Of a DNA stretch of 64,000 nt, positions 9,535 to 17,198 are shown in pieces (position 1 is the first letter of the stretch; every line of letters starts with the position of its first letter). The stretch is from a virus: the IMG/VR virus record IMGVR_UViG_3300045256_000188, positions 1 to 64,000 of that record. The stretch is one strand, 5' to 3'. A program made the position numbers and the translations under genes. Below the pieces are notes generated by a model. That model worked only from the letters and a program-made list of their open reading frames with translations, had not been told where the DNA came from and did not search any database.

Positions 9535-10335
9535 TTACTCCAGAGTAGTCAGGGCGGAGGCCGCCCTATTGTACACGTTGGAGATTTTTGCCCTGGTGTC
9601 GTCGGTAAGCGGGGTCACGAGGTCGGCGATCTTCCCGATCTCCTCAGCAACCAAGGTTCGGACGGCAATTAGGCCGCTAACCCCCAGTAGATCGGCGGCC
9701 CGGCGAACCTGCTCGATCAGTTGGGAGCCGGTCGCCGTGTCCGGCCGACCCGCGATCATCGCAGCTTGCCGGTACAGTTCGGCGAGCGTTGCCGCCTGAC
9801 CTCGCTTGGTGTCGAGCTGGGTCGGGTCGGCCCGGTAGGCGGCCCTCAACGCGGCCGCGAACGGGTCGGCTGGTGGCGGCGGTGGCGGCGGCGGTGGCGG
9901 CGGCGGCGGTGGTGGCGGCGGCGGTGGCGGCGGCGGCGGTGGTGGCGGTGGCGGTGGCGGCGGCGGTGGCGGTGGAACGGGTGGGGTCGGCGGAAGGGGG
10001 GTCGGCGGTGGGCCGCCATAGACCACCTCGATTTCGAGCGGGCGGGACGACACGTTGTCTCTCACGGCCCACGCCAGGACCGGCCACCGGCCGGGGCCGG
10101 GCGGGATGAGGACTGCTGATTTCCGGTCCGGGAAAACGACGATCTCGGCGGCGGGCAGGACGCTCCACCATTCGCACGGGACGTCGCTGGTCAGCCGGAC
10201 CGGCCCCCTAGCCTGGGTGACGACGGTTGGGGCCGGCCGGTCCGGGGTCTTCGCCAGGGAAACGGCTGGCGGGGGCGGCGGGTCGGCGGCGGTTGCCGGG
10301 GGCGACGGATCGGCCAGTAAGGCGAGCAGGAGCAT
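9535..10335 (-). CDS. Secreted proline-rich protein
   Basis: Hydrophobic N-terminus, long poly-Pro linker, helical C-terminal domain; tightly coupled to the peptidase gene. Confidence 0.65.
   Translation of the reverse strand: MLLLALLADPSPPATAADPPPPPAVSLAKTPDRPAPTVVTQARGPVRLTSDVPCEWWSVLPAAEIVVFPDRKSAVLIPPGPGRWPVLAWAVRDNVSSRPLEIEVVYGGPPPTPLPPTPPVPPPPPPPPPPPPPPPPPPPPPPPPPPPPPPPPPPPADPFAAALRAAYRADPTQLDTKRGQAATLAELYRQAAMIAGRPDTATGSQLIEQVRRAADLLGVSGLIAVRTLVAEEIGKIADLVTPLTDDTRAKISNVYNRAASALTTLE
9871..9975. repeat. (GGC/GGT)n trinucleotide tract encoding poly-Pro
   Basis: About 35 consecutive Pro codons on the minus strand. Confidence 0.9.
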
Positions 10336-10512
10336 CGGCGTCTCGGGTACTTGGCGGCTGGAAAGGGGTCAAATATTCAGAGTATCTTTGCTCGAACATT
10401 CGAATAGCCGTGCGGACTCATCACCAGCTCTCTAAAACAAAACACCGTGGAGAGCAGAGGAGGCAATCCACCTCAGCTTCCGTCGTTAGACCACGTGTTG
10501 TCGAGACCGGAG

Positions 10513-10642
10513 GAACCGTAGGAACTACGGGGTTAGCGGGTGGAGAGAAGCATAAGACTTCCCCAAGGAAGCAGTTCTCAGTGAAACCCGAAGCCGCCAC
10601 CTCTCTGCGAGCGAAAGCGAGCAGGGGGTAGGGGTAGTTCAC
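10513..10642 (+). mobile_element. Orphan IS200/IS605 right end / TnpB omega-RNA-like scaffold
   Basis: Near-identical to 22228..22356 (minus), which follows a TnpB C-terminus; ends GGGTAGTTCAC; no tnpB upstream here. Confidence 0.75.
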
Positions 10643-10809
10643 CTGAACCACTTGGTCGGGTGAGGTGGAACCCCCCGCGGGCGACTGCTGGGTCCATGTC
10701 TTAGCTTTGGTCGGCGTATTCAAAAGACAGCGATGATGCTGAGAATCCAGATCACGCCCCACAATTACTCAAAGCCAGTATTGTACTGGCAGTAACAGGG
10801 GAGTGGTCT

Positions 10810-11330
10810 ATGAGCAAGGGCACTGGCATTCAATGAGCTGACGACACCGTTAACCCCACGTCCGGCTGCGACGGTTGCGAACTCTGGATTCCGGGACAGG
10901 GCGGACCCTGTTACGTCGGGAACCTCCACGAGATTCGCCTCTCGAAGTCCCTACCGACACTGTACGATCCGGTCTTCACCAACGTCCGGCTCACCCCCGG
11001 ACCGATGGCCAAAGCCCTCCGCTGTATGGACCACACCGGGAAAGTGGCCCGGCCGGAAAAGCCGTGACTGGGGCTCAGTCCGCGGAAGATCTTCGTCGGC
11101 GACCTCGGAGACATCTTCTCGAAGGTCGTCCCGTTCGACTTCCTCAAGGCTGAGATCATCAACCCGGCCCGGAACTCGCCGCACCACATACAGCTTCTGA
11201 CCAAAGAGCCGCAACGGGCTCTCCAGTTTGCCGGATGGTTGAACGAGCCGTGGCCGGAGAACGTCTGGATCGGCACCAGCATCACCGGGGTCGCTAGCCC
11301 CCCACGGATCGAGCACCATCCCTCAAGGTC
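10810..11330 (+). pseudogene. Gp37/Gp68 (DUF5131) family pseudogene
   Basis: MSKGTGIQ*ADDTVNPTSGCDGCEL..CY..KP*LG..RKIFVGDLGDIF..QLLTKEPQRA..WPENVWIGTSI; in-frame TGA at 10834 and 11065; degenerate 3' end. Confidence 0.8.
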
Positions 11331-11515
11331 CGCCAGATGCCGGCCTAGCGGTGGCAAATCCGGCCGACCTTGGGATTGGCTGGCGAAACAGGAGCAGTGA
11401 CGACCGCCGGTGTGTGGAGAGGGGCCGCCCAATCCACAGCCGGCGAATCGATAGCACCCTTATGGCACCGGGGCATAGCCCGCCACCCGATGGATCTGGG
11501 CTGGAATGTGGTGGA

Positions 11516-12052
11516 TCATGGATGTGCTACCAGGATATCTTTGGGACCGTTGCAACTGTCCTCTAACTCGATCTTGTAGGCCGGGTTGATGGCCAGTAGC
11601 AGTTCGAGGGTGGTCTTTAAATCTACCTCCAGACCCCACAACGTCTTGCCGAAGACCCTGAGGTCGTCGATAATGATGGTATGTGTCTTGATGGGGTGAA
11701 GGGCTATCGATCGCAACTCCTGGTAGAGCGGCGTGTGCGGGGTGTGCCCATCCAACCAGAAGGTGATGGGGACGTCGATGGTCTTGATGAGTTCGGGCAG
11801 CACTACGGCTGAATCGCCGAGATGGAGTCTTACCCGTTTTTCACCGGCGAACATGGCCAAGGCGTTGGCGTGGGATTGCGGGTCGATCTCGATACTGTGA
11901 ACGGTTTCGAAGGGGAACTGCAGGGCTAAGGCAATACCACCGCCATTAAGTGTTCCGGTTTCGATGAAAACCGGGTTCTGGTGCTTTTGCAGTACCCCGT
12001 ACGGGAGCGTGCTATCCCCTGGGGTGAGGTTATTCTGGGTGTGTGGTATCAT
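11516..12052 (-). CDS. Class I SAM-dependent methyltransferase-like protein
   Basis: FIETGTLNGG, VHSIEID, LGDS, FWLDGH, IIIDDLR. Confidence 0.75.
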   Translation of the reverse strand: MIPHTQNNLTPGDSTLPYGVLQKHQNPVFIETGTLNGGGIALALQFPFETVHSIEIDPQSHANALAMFAGEKRVRLHLGDSAVVLPELIKTIDVPITFWLDGHTPHTPLYQELRSIALHPIKTHTIIIDDLRVFGKTLWGLEVDLKTTLELLLAINPAYKIELEDSCNGPKDILVAHP

Positions 12053-12357
12053 GACTTACTCCTGTAGATGGCTTCATAGATTCTACCGTGCGGTGGCTCC
12101 CAAGCTCGGTGCGAGTAGAGCGGCAGGGCACCGCGAGGCCCGACGCACGCGGCCATTTCCAAGGGGAAGAGATCGCCAAGGAAATTTTCTGTATGAAAGT
12201 TGAGATTCCACATGGCCCGCGTCCAGTTCTCTACTGCTTGGGGACGTGGGCCGGTACGTCTCATACCGTATGTTTGACCCACGAACCACCTGGCGACCTC
12301 GACGGCGGTCTGGACCTTGGACAGGCCGTACTTCTTCTTGACGACCCGCCTGAGCAT
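12049..12357 (-). CDS. Hypothetical protein
   Basis: ATGA-coupled to the methyltransferase; KKYGLSKV..AVEVARWF resembles the C-terminus of the upstream gene. Confidence 0.5.
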   Translation of the reverse strand: MLRRVVKKKYGLSKVQTAVEVARWFVGQTYGMRRTGPRPQAVENWTRAMWNLNFHTENFLGDLFPLEMAACVGPRGALPLYSHRAWEPPHGRIYEAIYRSKS

Positions 12358-12432
12358 CCGCCATTTGGACTCGCCGAGAGAAATCTGGGCTATGGTTACT
12401 CCAGGTAAGGGACCAGCGGAGCAACACGGGGC

Positions 12433-12741
12433 TTAGCCCACGAACCACGTGGCTACTTCCATTGACGCCCGGACCTTGGGGAGGCCATGTTTCTTGATAA
12501 GGGCTCCCAGTCCCTTGGCGACAACTGGATCAATAGTCTGGCCATCCTCGGTCTGGCCCGTCAGGAGAGTACCGACGGCTCGCTGTTGCTCGTTGCTTAC
12601 CCGCTTGATGAGTCGACCAACAACCGCTGCAGTAAACCGGCGGTGATACTTCTCTTGAATGTAAGCCGAGACTTCGGCGGAGCCATTGTGTCCCGCTTTG
12701 ATGGCTTCCCGAATCATGTCGATGGGGCGTAGATCTGGCAT
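12433..12741 (-). CDS. Small putative DNA-binding protein
   Basis: IREAIKAGHNGSAEVSAYIQEKY helical motif; start moved to the ATG behind GGAGA. Confidence 0.55.
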   Translation of the reverse strand: MPDLRPIDMIREAIKAGHNGSAEVSAYIQEKYHRRFTAAVVGRLIKRVSNEQQRAVGTLLTGQTEDGQTIDPVVAKGLGALIKKHGLPKVRASMEVATWFVG

Positions 12742-12788
12742 GGCCATTCTCCATGTTGATGTTGCAGTCCTCCCCATCAACACGGTGG

Positions 12789-13094
12789 TCACTTCTTCTG
12801 ATATTGCCAGATCCGGTAGGGCGGAAATAGCCAGACAGTGTTATCCTTAGCCCGGCAGACGTTGAGGACGGGGACGCCGTAGTCCTGGAAGGTGGCTTTC
12901 CAGACCCAGCCCACTTCGGCGGGATTATGGCCACTGGTATCCAGGATGCGGTTGGGGATGAGAGGGTCGTGCGGTTCCTTGACGATCCCAACAACTTTGT
13001 ATTCCTTGCCCTTGGGGGTGGTGAATTGGGTGTCGTTGGGGGCCGGGCTGACGGATAGAAGTGCGAAGGCGAGTGCGAACATGGCGACCAACAT
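12789..13094 (-). CDS. Small secreted hypothetical protein
   Basis: Signal peptide; AAGGAGG RBS. Confidence 0.6.
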   Translation of the reverse strand: MLVAMFALAFALLSVSPAPNDTQFTTPKGKEYKVVGIVKEPHDPLIPNRILDTSGHNPAEVGWVWKATFQDYGVPVLNVCRAKDNTVWLFPPYRIWQYQKK

Positions 13095-13354
13095 GGCGAC
13101 CTCCTTGTGGGTTCTCTAAATACGACAACGGCTGGGGACAGCCCCGGCCTTTTCCGCGTAGTTGGTTGGTGATTTTCCAGCGCCATCGCGCCCCACTACA
13201 GATGTCACCTCCATTGTTAAGGGGTCGGTGTCCCAGGGAGCGACCCAGAACCCTTCGACGCCTTATCTTCCAATGCGAATTTCCACAAACCACTCATTTA
13301 TGATCTAGGTAGCGACAGCGAGTTTCTTCATGCGCAGCAGATAGCGAAACGACC

Positions 13355-15148
13355 TCAGCGACTTCTGGATGGCGTGCCTGACAGTGGCCTGGCGGCGCTT
13401 TGGTATCGCCTCTCTAGCACAAACCTCAATTTTCCCGTCCCAAAAACCTTCTTGTAGCCGAACTTGTCGGCATAGGCTGCTTCTTTCATCGACATTTTCA
13501 CGGCGCGCTCGTAGAGCGTCTTTTTGTGCATCACCCAGCCGTGCTCGTCTACGTACCAGTAATCTGGGCGAATTACCTTGTCCTGCTTGAAATTGAGCGC
13601 TTTGTAGACCGCCCCGTCGTGATTGAATGTAGTGTCACAGTACGAGATGACAAACTTGTACTTCTTATCTAACTGCTTCAGGCACCTACTAACGAACCAG
13701 CTGGCGAAATTGTGCTTCTGATACCGTGGATGGATACACAGCCGACTCAATTCGACAGTCTCAGCCAATGTGAACTCGCCAGTGTCTACGTTCTGGCGCA
13801 CCGGAGGCGAAAAAACGCATACCGCGATGAGCTTATCTTCTAGATATGCCCCGTGGGCTATGCCGCCGCGTCCGGCGTTAGCCAAGTAGTGATACTTGGA
13901 CAACAACAACCTATAATCTACGGCGTCAGCTTTCCTGATTACAATGTCCTTGAAGGAGAACGATGCTATTTCCAACTCCGTTAGCCCAAGCCAATATTTC
14001 AAAGTCTCGACTACTTTCTCTTTGCAACCGAACTCGTGCTCCCACAGGTATTTCAGTTCGTGGCTACCGCCGCAATACCTGGCCACGTACATCGCTTTGG
14101 CCTTATCCACACGCACAGCTCGCGCCAGGGAATGCCAATAATCGCCTTGGCACTCAATCACCAATAATGGCTTGTTGGCCCGTGGGATTACACAGTCGAA
14201 ATTATATGGACCGATGGTGCACTCCGGATCAGCCGCCCTGTCGGCGTACTCCCGGAAGTATCGTATCCCCAGATCGTCCAGAATACTGTAAAGAGTCGTC
14301 TGTAGGCCGGAGACGCGCGGCTGTGCTTCCCGTGCTTTCGCCATACGTTCTCGGAATTCGTCACTCTCCCAAACTTTCCTAATCCTCTCTGCATTAGCTT
14401 CTCGCAATCCTGGGTCTGACCATACAATCTTCATCAGGTTTGAGATCTTCTGTCTCTTGAGCGGATCGGCCCATATCCTCTGCTGGATAGCCGACATCTC
14501 TGCTTTCTTCTCATCGGTCCATACTAAAACCTGGACCGCTCGCATAGCTTCGACGCGTTCGGGGCTGTCCCAGTAATCCCGGAGAATGTCGGCCATTTTC
14601 TCACGGAGCGTAATATCAGACCACACAATCTTCTGAATAGTCGCTTGTTTGCGGCGGTACTCCGGCTGAGCCCAGAGGTCCTTCGAGCCCTCGGACAGCT
14701 TCCGTCGGAGTTCCGGCGTTACCCGCGCCTCCGATGACGCAGCAGCAGCGCTCCGCTTATCGTCCGTCCACGCTTTCTTCATGCGTTCCGATTGAAGAGC
14801 CGCAAAGTCCTCTGGGCCACTTATGCCGTGCTTTTTGCAGAGACGCTCCAAGGCTGATACTGAACCGCCGACAACTGCGACGATCTCTTGCAATGACTTG
14901 GTAGGACGGAGTTGCCTGACCTGTTCTATGGTCTCTGGAGTATCTAGGTTCGATTTGTTGCATAAGGCTGCGGTCTCAGCCACACTCCGTTTCAGCCCCA
15001 AGTGCACCAGTAGCTTTCCTATGGTCCTAGCTGGCTTCCTGTAAATTGCCCCAATCTCCTTAGCAGTTTTCCCTTCCGAAAATAGCCTAATAATATCCTG
15101 CTTCTGGGTGTCACTGAACTGCTGATGAACTGAGATAGGCGCTGGCAT
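13355..15148 (-). CDS. HTH + Trp-repeat + Vsr/DUF559-like endonuclease fused to Mom-like GNAT domain (Hef-like architecture)
   Basis: Two HTHs; ~8 W-containing repeats; YNFDC..VIECQGDYWH..DKAK..YLWEHE; YHYL..ELSRLC..SWFVSRCL..ISYCD..HDGAVYKALNF; start set at ATG behind GGAAAGGA. Confidence 0.75.
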   Translation of the reverse strand: MPAPISVHQQFSDTQKQDIIRLFSEGKTAKEIGAIYRKPARTIGKLLVHLGLKRSVAETAALCNKSNLDTPETIEQVRQLRPTKSLQEIVAVVGGSVSALERLCKKHGISGPEDFAALQSERMKKAWTDDKRSAAAASSEARVTPELRRKLSEGSKDLWAQPEYRRKQATIQKIVWSDITLREKMADILRDYWDSPERVEAMRAVQVLVWTDEKKAEMSAIQQRIWADPLKRQKISNLMKIVWSDPGLREANAERIRKVWESDEFRERMAKAREAQPRVSGLQTTLYSILDDLGIRYFREYADRAADPECTIGPYNFDCVIPRANKPLLVIECQGDYWHSLARAVRVDKAKAMYVARYCGGSHELKYLWEHEFGCKEKVVETLKYWLGLTELEIASFSFKDIVIRKADAVDYRLLLSKYHYLANAGRGGIAHGAYLEDKLIAVCVFSPPVRQNVDTGEFTLAETVELSRLCIHPRYQKHNFASWFVSRCLKQLDKKYKFVISYCDTTFNHDGAVYKALNFKQDKVIRPDYWYVDEHGWVMHKKTLYERAVKMSMKEAAYADKFGYKKVFGTGKLRFVLERRYQSAARPLSGTPSRSR

Positions 15149-15177
15149 GGTATATCCTTTCCACGTCCAATACATTT

Positions 15178-15220
15178 GACGCGCCCCAGAAAGAAACAAT
15201 AGTCTTTCCGGGACGCGTCA
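15178..15220 (-). terminator. Hairpin following the capsid 3'-end remnant
   Basis: tgacgcg.cc.gaaaga...tctttccgggacgcgtca inverted repeat. Confidence 0.45.
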
Positions 15221-15233
15221 GCATGAGACTGTT

Positions 15234-15298
15234 TTAGAGGTTGCTGACAGTGATTACGCTGTCAGGTCCAGCACGGTCGGCGTGCTGAGCAGCGGGAC
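15234..15298 (-). pseudogene. Remnant second copy of the major capsid gene 3' end
   Basis: Reads VPLLSTPTVLD, then after a deletion VITVSNL*; the capsid ends IPLLSTPTVLD...VVTVSNL*. Confidence 0.85.
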
Positions 15299-15321
15299 CA
15301 TCTCAGATATTAAGACCTAAC

Positions 15322-17034
15322 TTATCTTCCAGCACAAATTTCCACAAACCACTCATTCGGTGCTTTGTGTCGGGCGCGGCTCACTAAAGGTAGCGCATTG
15401 ATGATAAAATCAGCAGTCAAAGCATTCTTCATCGGTTTGTCCACGTGCAGTACAACCCGCTTCGCATGAGTTTTCGCCTTTTGAACTAGAGGACGCAAAA
15501 ACTCAGCATACCAAGTCTCAAACTTCCCATACTCAACCCCATCCAAATAATCCTCCTTGTTGTGGAAAGGCGGAGATGTAAGCACGAAATCCACATCGGA
15601 CCATATCACATCTTGCCATTTCAAGTTGTGAAGCTGGCAAGAAGAACCCACAAATTCTTTGATCTTCACTAGGCCAGGATAGGAAATACCAGGATCGGTA
15701 GCCTCATAATCGCAACCCGCAATTTTCGCAGCTAAAAGTCGATGCCCCCAACCAGCACAAGGGTCGAACCATTTCCCTTGAAGCCCAAAATGTTTGAGCG
15801 CAGCAATAATCACCGGGACACTCAACATGGAGGCCATGGTCAAACCAGCAAACCGCAGTTCTCGAATTAGACGGGCTGGACTTAAAGTCTTCCCAGGGGT
15901 AATGAATGCTTTGACCGCTCGTGCTACCGTCTTCGGAGCCTTAGCAAGTTCAGCTACAGAGACACCACCCTGACGGACGTGATAAGCAAGTGGTTGGTGA
16001 TGTAAGACTAGCTGATTCCCAGGAGCCAATCCTGTAGTAATTTGATTTTCACCAAGATACTGACCAATATCGATCGATTGACAAGCTAACCAATCACTAT
16101 CGCAATCGAATTTCTTTGATTGCCAACCACTACTGATGATAGTAGACACAAATTCGTTGATAATATCATGCCTGTCGGTCCTTGCCATAATCTCTGCTGC
16201 GGTCAACTTAAATTCGAAATCGTGGATATTGTTCCAAACGAAAGGTCGCAGACCTTGAAATTCGAGCCAGCGAGTGTATTTCCGTTCCAACCGAACCGAA
16301 TTATCGGAGTAGATAAAATTCCCAAACTTCGCGACATTGCCGCGATTGGCCCAGCGAAGCTCGTAAACCGATTTTCGCGGCTTCACTTGTGTAAATGGCC
16401 CACCAACCGCCGCAATACGACAATTGATCTTATTCAGCGCCCCATCGAATTTGCAGACAATATTACTGTACCATCGACGTTTACGACGGTGTTTCCTCTT
16501 CTGGCTACTGATGCACCCATCTCCGTCAAAATAGCCGCGAACAAAATGATGCAAAAGAAAGTCCGGCACTGTGTTGATTATTTCGAAGTTGATGCCATTT
16601 TTATAATCGAGCCAACCTAATTGCAGGAGAATCCTGGTCATTATCACATCATTGAATACCATCACCTTCCTAGGATGATTGTCTCTCAGATCGTCAAAGA
16701 ACTCACCTTTATAACCCAAGAAATCGGCCAACAATCGCAGATGCCCTTCATCCCGCTTCTGTAAAGAAACCCTGATAGTGCGGTATGTGCCCGCTGATTT
16801 GGCGATGCAACCATCGGCCAACATGAAACCTAACCAGTAAGCTTTTTCCGGAACATCAATCGTATCGAAAATGTGACTGTTAAGAACGAATGAACGCTCA
16901 CCTTTTGACTGACCTTTCAACCCAGCTTTTTTCATATATCGACGAACGGTAGTAACACTACAGTTTAACCGCTCAGCGATAGTTTTCTGTGGAATCTTCT
17001 GACGAGCCAATTTAATGATGTCGTCGGATAGCAT
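15322..17034 (-). CDS. HTH + LAGLIDADG endonuclease fused to a DNA methyltransferase-like domain
   Basis: HTH QKTIAERLNCSVTTVRRY; AYWLGFMLADG and HFVRGYFDGDG; FDPCAGWGHR (SAM binding) and LTSPPF (amino-MTase motif IV); visibly AT-richer than flanks. Confidence 0.8.
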   Translation of the reverse strand: MLSDDIIKLARQKIPQKTIAERLNCSVTTVRRYMKKAGLKGQSKGERSFVLNSHIFDTIDVPEKAYWLGFMLADGCIAKSAGTYRTIRVSLQKRDEGHLRLLADFLGYKGEFFDDLRDNHPRKVMVFNDVIMTRILLQLGWLDYKNGINFEIINTVPDFLLHHFVRGYFDGDGCISSQKRKHRRKRRWYSNIVCKFDGALNKINCRIAAVGGPFTQVKPRKSVYELRWANRGNVAKFGNFIYSDNSVRLERKYTRWLEFQGLRPFVWNNIHDFEFKLTAAEIMARTDRHDIINEFVSTIISSGWQSKKFDCDSDWLACQSIDIGQYLGENQITTGLAPGNQLVLHHQPLAYHVRQGGVSVAELAKAPKTVARAVKAFITPGKTLSPARLIRELRFAGLTMASMLSVPVIIAALKHFGLQGKWFDPCAGWGHRLLAAKIAGCDYEATDPGISYPGLVKIKEFVGSSCQLHNLKWQDVIWSDVDFVLTSPPFHNKEDYLDGVEYGKFETWYAEFLRPLVQKAKTHAKRVVLHVDKPMKNALTADFIINALPLVSRARHKAPNEWFVEICAGR

Positions 17035-17036
17035 CT

Positions 17037-17108
17037 TTAGTCCGTAAAAGTGTTCAGCACCGTTTAAATACGTTTGATTCGGCAACCATGAACACTTTTA
17101 CGGACTAA
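17037..17108. promoter_or_regulatory. Perfect 20-bp inverted repeat around a 32-bp promoter-like spacer
   Basis: ttagtccgtaaaagtgttca (17037-17056) / tgaacacttttacggactaa (17089-17108). Confidence 0.7.
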
Positions 17109-17152
17109 TAAACCACTAGAAAGATGAATATTTCTACGAAACCATAAATACA

Positions 17153-17180
17153 ACAAGAGGGGCCGTCAGGCCCCTCTTGT
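17153..17180 (-). terminator. Terminator of the major capsid gene
   Basis: acaagaggggcc-gtca-ggcccctcttgt 12-bp stem followed by TGTATTT on the minus strand. Confidence 0.75.
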
Positions 17181-17198
17181 GCCGTTCTTGACGGGGTT

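Noticed and set aside
15234-15298. Capsid 3' duplicate as a DGR template repeat or attachment site
   Set aside because: Differences are synonymous rather than adenine-specific, and there is no reverse transcriptase or integrase nearby.
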